Shown piece after piece: positions 38,599-49,068 of a DNA stretch of 64,000 nucleotides. Source of the stretch: a virus (Duplodnaviria > Caudoviricetes); the IMG/VR virus record IMGVR_UViG_3300010998_000002, positions 32,001 through 96,000 of that record. One strand, 5' to 3'. The notes under the pieces were generated by a model. The model was not told the DNA's origin and ran no database searches. It was given only the letters and a program-made list of their open reading frames with translations. Both the position numbers and the translations under genes were made by a program. The stretch's first letter is position 1, and each line of letters opens with the position of its first letter.

Positions 38599-40191
38599 TT
38601 ATCTGGAAAATTTCGGCAGGCTCACGCCACGACAACCGACGTCGGCATTCACGTAAGAACGAGTACAAGCCGCAGCACGAGAACGAGAACCGCAGTAAGT
38701 GGAGCAACCCCAATAACCGCCCGCTATCAGGATATATGGCATACCATAGGATTGACCTCTAGTTCCTTCATCACCATAGCCATTCCAACTGCTACCACCA
38801 GCAGGAGCAATTTCGTCAAGCCATTGCCATATCAAACCACAGCATTCTTCAACGAAATAGCCAGAAATCATACGTTTACCAGCAGTATCTAAATGTCCGC
38901 CAGCCGTAAATGGATTTGGTTGTGCCGAGCCAGCAACGGCAGTTTTTTGGTTGCTACCTTCTGCAAAAATCATAAATTCTACATCTCTTGCAGGGCGTTT
39001 TCCAACTAATTGCAAATCCCATTGATGTTGAATTGGGGTACGAATATTCGTCATGGTAGCACCATAAGCAGAAGCCGTAGAAGTTCCTGTACCGGATTGT
39101 AGATAAATATCTACCCATAAATCAAGTAAATCAACGTAAACCATGCCGGCAGGATTACACATTGGTCTATGTGTTTCGCACCATACAGAGTTTGGAATAA
39201 TATCGCCAGCCGAATAACCAATTGCCGGATGCGAACTCCATAACGAAGGTGCTGATGTAGGTAATGCTGGAGCATTTGAACTTGTAACAGAAACACATAA
39301 TGTATGGAATCCACCAATGCAGTATGCAGTATTACTATTATATCCATACGGATATGTAGCATTAAGTGATACTACAATATCATATTTGTTTAAATTTGCA
39401 GTTTCTACCAAATAAACATAATAGTCTTTTCCTGCCGTAAAGCCAGACCCCTGGTCTAATTTTGCTGTTGCAGAAAATTCTAAATCTGTCGGATTATAAT
39501 ATGTTCTTTCGTAACCGTTTAATTTGAATTTAAGATATGTATCACCTTTTAAGATTAAAGATGTATGTGTACTACCAGGTTTTAAAAATTGCTCACGATA
39601 ACAATTTAATTTTAATAAATTTTTATGTGCAATTACTATGTCTGTTAAAGGATTTATTAATCTAGGTAGATAAAACTGTTCATTAGTTGTGTCAATTATA
39701 TAATATTCTGAATAACCAATTAAAGCATAAATATTATCAACAATTGGTTTATTTGCTATATCTGTAATTTTAGTGCCATGTGATGTATATTTATAAGAAA
39801 TTGAATAAGCACCAATTGTATCTGTTCTAGTTTCTGTTGTAGAATTATATTCTGCTAATAATTGCGCATATCCTGTGGCATCATTTAATGCGGTTGCGCC
39901 AATTGTAAACATATTTGATAATGCAAGTTTATTATTACCGTCAGTATTAAGTAATGCTAATGTTGATAAGTTATTATATGCAGTATCGTAATTGGATTTT
40001 AATGTATCTGTTAAGTTGTTTTTGGAAAATCCTAAACCATCTGTTAATGTACTAATGTTATCAACCGTAAATTGTGATAACTGTGTAACCGTAATCTTTT
40101 TATCATCCGATGAATCAGAAATATCGGTGATTGGCAATATGTCGTTGCTTGCTACGGTTGAAATTTGTGCTTTGTCATTAAATCTAACCAT
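38599..40191 (-). CDS. DGR target: Mtd-like tail receptor-binding protein with C-terminal CLec/FGE-type domain
   Basis: Contains VR; GLIWQW...AGGYW...CGSRSR...VGCRG; IGGFH, WVDIY. Confidence 0.9.
   Translation of the reverse strand: MVRFNDKAQISTVASNDILPITDISDSSDDKKITVTQLSQFTVDNISTLTDGLGFSKNNLTDTLKSNYDTAYNNLSTLALLNTDGNNKLALSNMFTIGATALNDATGYAQLLAEYNSTTETRTDTIGAYSISYKYTSHGTKITDIANKPIVDNIYALIGYSEYYIIDTTNEQFYLPRLINPLTDIVIAHKNLLKLNCYREQFLKPGSTHTSLILKGDTYLKFKLNGYERTYYNPTDLEFSATAKLDQGSGFTAGKDYYVYLVETANLNKYDIVVSLNATYPYGYNSNTAYCIGGFHTLCVSVTSSNAPALPTSAPSLWSSHPAIGYSAGDIIPNSVWCETHRPMCNPAGMVYVDLLDLWVDIYLQSGTGTSTASAYGATMTNIRTPIQHQWDLQLVGKRPARDVEFMIFAEGSNQKTAVAGSAQPNPFTAGGHLDTAGKRMISGYFVEECCGLIWQWLDEIAPAGGSSWNGYGDEGTRGQSYGMPYILIAGGYWGCSTYCGSRSRAAACTRSYVNADVGCRGVSLPKFSR
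38621..38734 (-). repeat. DGR variable repeat (VR)
   Basis: 3' end of the 530 aa gene; A-to-N differences only. Confidence 0.96.
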
Positions 40192-41378
40192 TATAAAAAT
40201 CTCACTCCATTATTAGTGCCTGTCGTACTTTCTTTTAAAGAGTCGTTGATTAATAACTCCCCTGTCGTATTATTTCTTAAATAAAAATTATATATTGAAC
40301 CGGAATTAAAATATTCACCTTCGGAAGTTCCTAAAAATATTTTCATTCCTTCCCCTGCTGATACACTATGTTGTCTAGTATCTGTATCTACTACATTACC
40401 ATTTATCAATAAACTCCAAACATTACCAACTCTTTTAATTGTAACAGCAGTATTTTCATTTACTGTTAATGAACCACCCATTAAAACAACGTCTGCATCT
40501 GCATCCGCATATCTATTTCCTAATCCATCATAATAATATGTTAAACCTATATCATTATCGGTATAAACATTAGGCTCTGTTTTAAACACAATACCGTCTA
40601 ATGGATTGTAATAACATTTAACAGATACAAATTCGCTTGCAAATGTTGTGTTTTGTGAAAATATTGGAATTATTGTATCGTCTGACGTATTGGTAAATAC
40701 ATCGGGTTGTATATTAAAACTTAATTCAAAATCATCATCTGCTGGAATGACTTGATTATAAGTTATAAACGCATTATTTTTAAATAAATTATAAAATTTG
40801 TGAAAAGTAACTTGATTTAAGGCTACTCCTGCCGGAAGTGCATTTTTTATAATTGCATGAGCATCTAATGTTTCTAAAAGTGATGCTCCGTAAAGTCTGA
40901 TATATTCAATTCCTGCTGGATAATTTTCACCTATACGAACTAATTTTGCATTAAATAATAGTTTACATGCTTCAATTAATTCATCTAGCGAAGTATCGGT
41001 ATTGTTTTGAATTATCTTTGCTTTAATTGCATTTCTAAAACTTGCATCGGTTCTTGCTACTTTTGTACTTCGTAAAGAACTTGTACCTTTAAACTTACCA
41101 GCACCAAAGCCTTCTGGTGTTGTACCACCAAACGTAAAGGCATCTACAGGTGTTGGTGTATAAACCCTGTTTTGTCCTACTTTTTTTCCAATATAATCTA
41201 GCCAAGTTCCATTTGCAGTTGTATAATCTAGGTTATATAACAATTGCCAAGCAATATTTTCAATAATTTGGTATCTATCACCGGATTGTTTGGCTAGTCT
41301 ATATAATTCTGGAAATTGTAATAAATAAGGTATCATGTCAGATAAAGCAAGTTCATTATGATTATCTATCTGAATCAT
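40191..41378 (-). CDS. Baseplate wedge protein (DUF2612-like) with C-terminal beta-sandwich extension
   Basis: ANGTWLDYIGKKVGQNR, FRNAIKAKIIQN, LPAGV. Confidence 0.75.
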   Translation of the reverse strand: MIQIDNHNELALSDMIPYLLQFPELYRLAKQSGDRYQIIENIAWQLLYNLDYTTANGTWLDYIGKKVGQNRVYTPTPVDAFTFGGTTPEGFGAGKFKGTSSLRSTKVARTDASFRNAIKAKIIQNNTDTSLDELIEACKLLFNAKLVRIGENYPAGIEYIRLYGASLLETLDAHAIIKNALPAGVALNQVTFHKFYNLFKNNAFITYNQVIPADDDFELSFNIQPDVFTNTSDDTIIPIFSQNTTFASEFVSVKCYYNPLDGIVFKTEPNVYTDNDIGLTYYYDGLGNRYADADADVVLMGGSLTVNENTAVTIKRVGNVWSLLINGNVVDTDTRQHSVSAGEGMKIFLGTSEGEYFNSGSIYNFYLRNNTTGELLINDSLKESTTGTNNGVRFL

Positions 41379-41391
41379 TATTATTTCCTTA

Positions 41392-42558
41392 TTATGAATT
41401 TTGTGTTATTGTGATATTTTCTGTACTTAATATAGCCAATTCCCTTTTGCCGATTGTTATATAATCTGCCCAAGTAGAATCTGTATGCTTTTTAATTTTA
41501 AATGCTGTTACGTTCTTAATTTCTGGATGAGCATTTAAAACATAATATAAATTATAAGCATAAATGCTATCGCCTACATTATATAAATCTTCAAAGGCTT
41601 CATATAATTCTGCTCTTAAATCTTCTTTCCATTCTTCTGTTTGAACAGTATCAGAAATAAACTCAATTAAATAATCAACTTGAATTTCACTAGGTCTTGT
41701 AAAGCCAATTGAAAATATATTGCCATCGTCATCCGTTACACTTTTAACAGTTGTACCGTATGCTTGTATTCCTGCTGGTTTTTTACCAAAAATTGCTCTT
41801 GCAATTTCATCTTCATCGCCACCCTTAACTACTATTTCAAATGATTTTGGTGGTAATGTATCAACAGTATTCATTGTATCATTTTCATAAGCATTAATAT
41901 AGGTAACTTCCGAAATCTGTGATACACTTGCTTTTATAGAAGATAATATTGAACTTGCAGTATAAGAAACGGCATCTTCACGTCTTGCTCTTAATTCTTC
42001 ATCTGTTTCTGTATCACGACCTACTGTAGCCGTTCCTTCTGTGTTATATGCTACAGAAGATATACCCATACTAGGTGTTTTTAGTGAAAAATTAGATGTT
42101 GGTAATGCTGTAATTGCTCCGTAACTTGTTGCTTGACAAGTAATATTAACAGTTCCATCTTCTCCAATCGCAAATGCGTTTTGATTTATATAATATTCAT
42201 CTGTTCTTTCATCAACAATTGTGATTTCACCAGCGTTTTTAGTAGTTCCTGCTGTACCTGTAATAGTTATAGGAATTGTTGATTTTGTTGCGGTATAACG
42301 AGAAATATTGTTTAAAGCACATATAAAATCTAGCCATATACCTTCTGCCTGGTCTGGGTCTAATTGCATAGCAATATAAAGTAATAATTCTTGTATTGCT
42401 AATTCTCTATCTGCATCAACGGCTTGAAGATTTGCAACGGCAGATTCGCCAGAAATATAAAAATCATCTCCATATAAATCTTTACAAACTTCTTCTCTTT
42501 CGGCTAATATTTCTGTCAAAGGTTGAATTATTAAACCATTAGCATCATATTCAATCAT
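41392..42558 (-). CDS. Baseplate J-like protein
   Basis: AEGIWLD, GRDTETDEELRAR, YENDT, GGDEDEIA, KPAGI, FTRP. Confidence 0.88.
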   Translation of the reverse strand: MIEYDANGLIIQPLTEILAEREEVCKDLYGDDFYISGESAVANLQAVDADRELAIQELLLYIAMQLDPDQAEGIWLDFICALNNISRYTATKSTIPITITGTAGTTKNAGEITIVDERTDEYYINQNAFAIGEDGTVNITCQATSYGAITALPTSNFSLKTPSMGISSVAYNTEGTATVGRDTETDEELRARREDAVSYTASSILSSIKASVSQISEVTYINAYENDTMNTVDTLPPKSFEIVVKGGDEDEIARAIFGKKPAGIQAYGTTVKSVTDDDGNIFSIGFTRPSEIQVDYLIEFISDTVQTEEWKEDLRAELYEAFEDLYNVGDSIYAYNLYYVLNAHPEIKNVTAFKIKKHTDSTWADYITIGKRELAILSTENITITQNS

Positions 42559-42563
42559 TTAAT

Positions 42564-42911
42564 TTATCCCTGTAAAATTTCAATTATATTTTCACTTGTT
42601 TCGTATATAGTTCTGACACTTGCATTAATTACAAATATTTGTCTATTTGTAGTATCTTTTTGTCGTTTAATCTGAATATCCGTAACGGCAACAACTCCAT
42701 CAATGGCTTCTATTTGTTCTTTAATAAATAACTTCATTAAAGTTTCATTATTCCAACTATTTTTATAATTAACTCCGTAATTATCATTTAAGAAAAAATC
42801 ACCTAAAAAACTTCGTACCCCAACTATAATTTGCTGGTGTATTCTATCTCTATTATCAACAAATTCATTAAGTGCTTTTTTATTTACAAAGTCTAATTTT
42901 ATATCTTTCAA
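42564..42911 (-). CDS. Baseplate gp25/W-like protein
   Basis: LGDFFLNDNYGVNY, IDGVVAV; synteny. Confidence 0.7.
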   Translation of the reverse strand: MKDIKLDFVNKKALNEFVDNRDRIHQQIIVGVRSFLGDFFLNDNYGVNYKNSWNNETLMKLFIKEQIEAIDGVVAVTDIQIKRQKDTTNRQIFVINASVRTIYETSENIIEILQG

Positions 42912-42969
42912 AACTATACCCTTCTACTTTTGTTATATGCAAAATTTCAAATTTTGTAAACTTTTATTA

Positions 42970-43678
42970 TTAATTCGGTGGAGATGTAGGAGAGCCAAGA
43001 TTTCCGGTATGCGTATGAGATTTACCAGACTTACCACCGGCTATAAACATCGGTATCACCTGTAATTGTACCAGAAGATGTAAAATCTCCGGTCTGTGTA
43101 TAACTTCCTGTTTGTGTAATATCACCATTTACTACCAAATTACCATTTAAAGTCATAGTAGGAGTTGATACCACCAATGTATTGTCAGCACCAACAGTAA
43201 ATGTAAATACGTTATCAGAAGTTGCCATAATAATTTTAGCATTAGAATCAACAGGAATTATTTTACCTAATGGCAAAAATCCATTAGTGAATAAACCATA
43301 ATTTAAACTATGCCATTCTTCTGTATAATCAAAATCAAAGTTGCCTGTAGTAATTAAATCATCAACAGAACTATCAAAAAATTCTATTGTTCCAATATCA
43401 CCAATTCTAACAGGAAGTATCATATACGCACTTCCACTATAAATAGGTTGTCTAATCGGAATATTTGGTATAATAGGATAAGGTACTAGATTTCCTGCTT
43501 CGTCATAATCATAATCTAAAATTTGTATATCTACTTGATTATTAGCATAATCAACAGCCGTAACTCTTGCTGGTAATTGTACTTTTATTTCCGATTTTAA
43601 ATCATTTAAACGATTTGCTAATACAGCACCAGGACTCATACTAGCCTTTTCGTATTTTTCTTCATAACTTTTAGGCAT
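42970..43678 (-). CDS. Baseplate central spike (Gp138-like), frameshifted near the C-terminus
   Basis: LPARV, LPVRIGDIG, H-S; HxH tip (KSHTHTG...TSPPN) is in the +1 frame after AAA 43045-43047. Confidence 0.8.
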
Positions 43679-43681
43679 ATT

Positions 43682-44569
43682 TTAATTAACCTTTAATACT
43701 AATTTTGTTTCATAATCTTTGCCAAAATTATCTATTTTAGATTCAATTTTAACAATAGGATAAATGCCTTCTATATCTTGAAAATCTAATTTGACAAAAT
43801 TACCAATATTTACAGTAGGTAAAAATGGTGCTTCTATAGATACTTCTTTATTTGCATTAAAATCTGGTCTAGGACAAATACCACCATGAAGATAATATCC
43901 ATAAACATCCGATTCTGCATTTTTGGCAAAAATATTTATAATATTATTTTCAATTGAACAAACACAATTTCCGGTAGCGCATATTTGTCTTAAAACATTT
44001 CCAAGCGTGCCATGTGCTATATATCCTTTAGCAAATGTTTTTTCTACTAATGGTGATATATTGCCGATACCAATTGTAGTTTGTCTTTTAATATAATAAA
44101 TTATATCATTTAAAATTTTAGTATTAGTAACAGTACCTTTATATGATTGAGAATAATAATTATTAATAAATGTAGATTTAATACTATCTTGTAATTCTAT
44201 TACTGTTGCTACATCATTGCCATCATTTTCTCTTACAATTGGTGGTGCTTCGTATTCAATTTTAGCAGGCTTTTTAGATTTTCTTTTAGATGTAGAAGAT
44301 TTATATTTTTTCCATTTTTTTATATCTCTTAAATCGCCCTGAAATATTAAAATATATCCTTTATCATTAGTATCGGTATATACTCTAATGTGCGTTGCTT
44401 TACTATTTAATAAATTATAAGTTGCTTCGGATAAATTATATAAAGTAACGCTACAATAATTAGGTGTGCCATCATCGGATTTTTTTAGTTCTACACTAAT
44501 ATCGGCTTCTTCAATTATAACGTCAGCACCGACAATTTCTAATTTAATTTTAGTGTATAACTGTTGCAT
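43682..44569 (-). CDS. Baseplate hub protein
   Basis: PNYCSVTLYNLS, LIFQGD; synteny. Confidence 0.7.
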   Translation of the reverse strand: MQQLYTKIKLEIVGADVIIEEADISVELKKSDDGTPNYCSVTLYNLSEATYNLLNSKATHIRVYTDTNDKGYILIFQGDLRDIKKWKKYKSSTSKRKSKKPAKIEYEAPPIVRENDGNDVATVIELQDSIKSTFINNYYSQSYKGTVTNTKILNDIIYYIKRQTTIGIGNISPLVEKTFAKGYIAHGTLGNVLRQICATGNCVCSIENNIINIFAKNAESDVYGYYLHGGICPRPDFNANKEVSIEAPFLPTVNIGNFVKLDFQDIEGIYPIVKIESKIDNFGKDYETKLVLKVN

Positions 44570-44922
44570 TATTCATCCTCGTCTGCGAAATAATTTATAC
44601 AAAAATCTGTATGAAAATTATCTACACGATATTCTGTTTCATCTAAATTTTCAATTTGGGCAAAAAATAATTTACCACTCCAATCTGTATCGTAAATATG
44701 TTTAGATATTTCAATACCATTTACCAAGCAAATATTTCTTACATAATAGTAATCTTCATTATCTTTTTTTGTAAAAATAGATAAATATACCTTTTCATGC
44801 CTAATATTCCAAGCAAATTCAAAAAAGTATAAATTACCGTTTAATTCTACTTGTTCAACAATATATGGATGTTGCAATATATTTGGTAAATTTATTGTTA
44901 CATATTCTAAAAAACCAGCCAT
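44569..44922 (-). CDS. Small baseplate protein
   Basis: VELNGNLYFFEFAWN; synteny. Confidence 0.6.
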   Translation of the reverse strand: MAGFLEYVTINLPNILQHPYIVEQVELNGNLYFFEFAWNIRHEKVYLSIFTKKDNEDYYYVRNICLVNGIEISKHIYDTDWSGKLFFAQIENLDETEYRVDNFHTDFCINYFADEDE

Positions 44923-44932
44923 TCAAATTATC

Positions 44933-46159
44933 CTATATATTATGAGTTTTATTATAATTTTTAATATCTTTTATTTCTTGTTTGGTATATTTTCTTGAAC
45001 CAGATAGCCAACCTTCTTTTTCAAACCTAGCAATATCACTTTCTGTATATGGTAAACCTTTATCTTTACACATTTTTGCCATTTCGGTTGCACTTTTACC
45101 TAGTTTATATTGCCTTCTTAAAAATTCATCTGCTTGTCTGCTTGCAGGATAAATTCTATTTTGGTTTGTTTTAGTTGCTGTTTGCGCTTGACTTTTTACA
45201 CTATTAGTGCTTTTTTTAATACCACTTTTAACATTGCCATTTTTAGCAGTACCGGCTTTGCCACTATTTTTTTGAGCATAATTTTCTAATTTAACATATT
45301 CCAATGTCCATTCTGGTACTTCTACTACAGACATATTGCAAGTTAAACTATTCATGCCCTGTGGTGTAAAGGTTAAGTTAGTAAAAAGACAATTTGTTAA
45401 TTTGTATTGATGATAAACATCTTTATCATTTATATAAACATCAAAAGGAATTTTATCATTTTTTAATTTTTCTAATTGGTCTTTAATCTGATACATATCA
45501 GTACCTTTACGACTATTAGTTGATAAAAGCAACTCAAAATCTTTTGTTTTATTTTGATTACTAACAGCCGTTGCGATTTCAAAACCTTTTTCAGTTTTTC
45601 TGGTAGGTACTTCAATACCCCAAGTTTCATTATCTGTAGTGATGATTTTAAGTTTTAAAACTTGAACATCAATATCATTAATACTCTGTTCTTCTTCTTG
45701 ATTTTCTTTATCCATATTTTTAGATAAAAATTTAGAAAAATCTTTAGAAATAACCCCAGAGCCAAATGGCATTAAGGCAGTATATAATGAAGATGGGGTA
45801 GGAAAACCCATATCAGTTGCAGTATTATCCAAAGCATTAGTACAACTACCTACAAAATCCTCTGCTACTTCCGGTACTGTAATTTTACCATCAGACATAA
45901 CATCATAAACAGAAGATGATATTCTACCTAAAACAGCAGTTGATAATGCTTTTCCTGCGATATTTTGACCTATTTTACTTGTAAAGCCTGCTAATGCCAC
46001 AGTAGCAATATTAGACTTTAAAACTGTATTCAAAAGATTTCTACTTGATTTTGCAATTTTAACATCATAAGGTTTAACTTGTACCTTATCTCTATCTTGC
46101 CCATATACAATCATTAAGTAGGCATCATTTTCTAATTCTACATTAGCAGTTTGTACCAT
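44933..46159 (-). CDS. Tail tube initiator / Dit-like baseplate protein
   Basis: Directly after tape measure; PTRKTEKG motif. Confidence 0.5.
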   Translation of the reverse strand: MVQTANVELENDAYLMIVYGQDRDKVQVKPYDVKIAKSSRNLLNTVLKSNIATVALAGFTSKIGQNIAGKALSTAVLGRISSSVYDVMSDGKITVPEVAEDFVGSCTNALDNTATDMGFPTPSSLYTALMPFGSGVISKDFSKFLSKNMDKENQEEEQSINDIDVQVLKLKIITTDNETWGIEVPTRKTEKGFEIATAVSNQNKTKDFELLLSTNSRKGTDMYQIKDQLEKLKNDKIPFDVYINDKDVYHQYKLTNCLFTNLTFTPQGMNSLTCNMSVVEVPEWTLEYVKLENYAQKNSGKAGTAKNGNVKSGIKKSTNSVKSQAQTATKTNQNRIYPASRQADEFLRRQYKLGKSATEMAKMCKDKGLPYTESDIARFEKEGWLSGSRKYTKQEIKDIKNYNKTHNI

Positions 46160-46168
46160 TATTATATC

Positions 46169-47848
46169 CTATTTTTTATTTTTACTATCTGCGTAAATAT
46201 GTTTAAGATATTCTGTATTATCTTTATTAGTTTTATTTAATACTGCTTCAAGTTCACTTGCAGACAATCCATTAGCGTTAATATGATTATTATAAATAGG
46301 ATTAATATTTACATTAGATGAACTTGCAGGATAATTAGCCAAAGGACTACTGATTAATTGTTGTTTATAAATTTCATCCCAACTATTTTTATCTGGCGTT
46401 ACACCTGGAAAAGTTGATTGATTTTTACTTTTATTAAATGCCGGAATCCACTTCCATAACCAATCTATTAACCAATGCCATTTCTCCCACCACATTTGAA
46501 GCGAAGTGCCTAAATGGGTAAAGAAATCGGTAATTTCACTCCATAATAATTTTAATGAAGTCGTAACTTTTGGAAAGAATAAATCTAATAAATCCCATAA
46601 TAATTTAATTACATCTATTACTGTCCAAATTACAAAAACAATTTGTCCAATTACAGGAATAAAATTAATTAATCCTTTTAAACCAAAAGCAAGTAAACGT
46701 CTAACAATAAGTGATATTGCTTTTAATGCAATTTTACCAGAGATGCCTTTTTTAAATAATATTTTTAAAGCACCACCGACAGTATTTCTTAATTTTGTAA
46801 AACTACCTTTAACTACATTAAAGCGTTTACCAATTTTATCAATAAAACTTAATCCGGTCTTTCCACCTTTTCCAAAACGTCTGAACATTCTGCCTAAATG
46901 TCGGAAGTATTTAAACATCCTAGAAAATAGTTTAATACCAGAGATTAATAAAAATATTGCAACAATATCTTTTAATATTTTATAAAATTTATCGGCATGT
47001 TCAACAATTTTGTCTAAAGTATCATTTAAACGTGTTAAAACATTTGCTAAATCAGTACCAAATCCTGCATCTGCAATTGCATATCTTACCCTATCCCATT
47101 GATTTCGCAACCTTAACATTTGAGCATCGGGTTGTTTCATTGCTTCTGCTAATGCTTTCGGGTCTGCAAACTGTTGTTTTGCATATTTTGAGAAAAGCAT
47201 TAAGAATTGGTTAATCATTTTTTGATTACCTTTAGATTGCTTTTGAAATTTCTCAAACCAATCTGTGCCGGTAATTCCTAAATCATTAACTGCCTTTTCT
47301 GCTAAACCTATTGCGTTCGGAACATGAGTACCAATTTGCATACGCAAGTCTTGTGAATAAACAACACCTTTAGATGCCATTTCACGAAGGGCGTATGTTA
47401 CACGTTCAAATTGATATTCGGACATGTGAAGTACCCTAGATACCTCTGTCCAATCTTGAAACACTTGCTGTGCGCCACTATCACCCAAACCCTTTGCTGT
47501 CGCAGCATAGAAAATAGAGTATGAATCTGCAATACTTTTCATAGGCATTGCTGTCCTTTCTGCCAACTTAAATGCCCATTGTAATTGCTCATTGGCTTTT
47601 GCTTGTGATTGAGTAATAGCAAAGAACCTAGATTTCATAGCACCCATTTCTCTGGTTGCATTCACTAGGCTCATACCAAATTGTTTTAACCCAGAATAAA
47701 CGTCATAACCAATAAAAGTGCTAAAAAGGTTTTTCAAACTAAACAAATTGCCATACGTTGATTGCATTTGTTTATTTAAAACTTGAAAACCATTACCTTT
47801 GACGGTGGGTTTGAATAATAATAAAAATTCGTCTAATATTCCAGCCAT
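46169..47848 (-). CDS. Tape measure protein
   Basis: ALREMASKGVVYSQDLR tape-measure motif, hydrophobic Trp-spaced region; synteny. Confidence 0.85.
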   Translation of the reverse strand: MAGILDEFLLLFKPTVKGNGFQVLNKQMQSTYGNLFSLKNLFSTFIGYDVYSGLKQFGMSLVNATREMGAMKSRFFAITQSQAKANEQLQWAFKLAERTAMPMKSIADSYSIFYAATAKGLGDSGAQQVFQDWTEVSRVLHMSEYQFERVTYALREMASKGVVYSQDLRMQIGTHVPNAIGLAEKAVNDLGITGTDWFEKFQKQSKGNQKMINQFLMLFSKYAKQQFADPKALAEAMKQPDAQMLRLRNQWDRVRYAIADAGFGTDLANVLTRLNDTLDKIVEHADKFYKILKDIVAIFLLISGIKLFSRMFKYFRHLGRMFRRFGKGGKTGLSFIDKIGKRFNVVKGSFTKLRNTVGGALKILFKKGISGKIALKAISLIVRRLLAFGLKGLINFIPVIGQIVFVIWTVIDVIKLLWDLLDLFFPKVTTSLKLLWSEITDFFTHLGTSLQMWWEKWHWLIDWLWKWIPAFNKSKNQSTFPGVTPDKNSWDEIYKQQLISSPLANYPASSSNVNINPIYNNHINANGLSASELEAVLNKTNKDNTEYLKHIYADSKNKK

Positions 47849-48056
47849 TTCTACCCTATATTCGCAGTTGCCTTTTCTATTTCATCGCCTATTTCTTTTA
47901 TTTGGTCGGCTTCTTCTAAATATTTAGAAAATAATAAAACCATATCCGGCAAACACCAATCTTCAATTAATGAAGGTTGCATGTGTTCTTTTCTACTAAT
48001 AGTGGCGATAATCGCTTTAAAAAACTTTTCTTCTTCCGTATAATAATCAACGGTAT

Positions 48057-48542
48057 CTAACCAAGATTTTGTTTCATTTCGTTCGTTAGTTGTGTTAGAG
48101 CCGTTTCCAAGCCTTCTGCTTTCGGCAATGAGTTGGCTTGTAGTCTTTCGTTTAGTAGATGCAGACCCCTTTCTATTAATGTAGGCAACGATTGAAAAAA
48201 ATCTTTGTCATTCTCCATAATTACTTTATATAGTAATTGAGGAATCTCCATAAATCTACCGGCAAAATGTTCATCAAAATCTGGTATTAATCTATCATCA
48301 CAGTAAAGTTGATTTTTATCAACAAATGTATCTAATAAATAATCAAAATCATTCATTACCAATTCATATAATTTGGCATTAAATTCTTCAACTTTTCCCT
48401 GTGTTAAACATGGCAATAAAGCACCTGTTTTAGCAGTAAATCTTCTCGTTGCTTCAAATGCTTTACGACCACCAATTAAATAAAACTTGTATCTGTGTTC
48501 GCCTACTTTAACTTCTCTTTGTGGCATTCCCATAATTCTCAA
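48057..48542 (-). CDS. Tail assembly chaperone (G); -1 frameshift product (GT) extends to 47851
   Basis: FDEHFAG motif; T TTT TTT at 48201-48195; -1 frame open to TAG at 47851. Confidence 0.8.
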   Translation of the reverse strand: MRIMGMPQREVKVGEHRYKFYLIGGRKAFEATRRFTAKTGALLPCLTQGKVEEFNAKLYELVMNDFDYLLDTFVDKNQLYCDDRLIPDFDEHFAGRFMEIPQLLYKVIMENDKDFFQSLPTLIERGLHLLNERLQANSLPKAEGLETALTQLTNEMKQNLG

Positions 48543-48646
48543 TCTCCTTAAAATGTCTAATATTTTTAAAACGAGATGCGAGGGTGGTAAAAATTACCAC
48601 CCATATCTCTATAAATTTTATACAGAAAATTTTATATTCCGTAAAC

Positions 48647-49054
48647 TTACGAAATTTCAAAATCTTCTTCACATTCAATTGTAAATGCGTACCCATTACC
48701 ACCTGTTAATGCTACTGCATCATAAGATTTTACGTTAGATGCTGTAGAAGTCCAAGTTCTTTGTCTGTTAGGGTTTGTATCTTTTACAATTAAGTTTTCA
48801 ATTTGTTTCTTTTGATTATGATAATTTTCTAATTTGTAACTTGAAGCACTATGAGAAAATAGTGTAAAAGTCAATTGGTCTATCTTATCATATTTCCAAA
48901 CTGTTTCGTGTCCGCCAGATTTTCCTTTGATAACATCAGAATTTTCACCACCGGCGGTAATTTCAATATCTGCATCACCAAATTCATCTGGGTTAATAGT
49001 ATATCCATCAAATGAGATATAGATATACTTCGGGTCTATTTGATTTCCTGCCAT
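48647..49054 (-). CDS. Tail tube protein
   Basis: Between sheath and chaperone; DPK..ISFDG, LTFTL. Confidence 0.75.
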   Translation of the reverse strand: MAGNQIDPKYIYISFDGYTINPDEFGDADIEITAGGENSDVIKGKSGGHETVWKYDKIDQLTFTLFSHSASSYKLENYHNQKKQIENLIVKDTNPNRQRTWTSTASNVKSYDAVALTGGNGYAFTIECEEDFEIS

Positions 49055-49068
49055 AATTCATTATCTCC

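Larger units (their letters stand above)
36613..40191 (-). mobile_element. Diversity-generating retroelement (target-TR-RT), no avd recognised
   Basis: RT plus TR/VR with adenine-specific mutagenesis. Confidence 0.95.

Noticed and set aside
38173-38762. Plus-strand ORFs 38173-38373 and 38391-38762 as avd
   Set aside because: Antisense to TR/VR and target, no RBS, no Avd-like sequence; by-products of GC-rich repeats.
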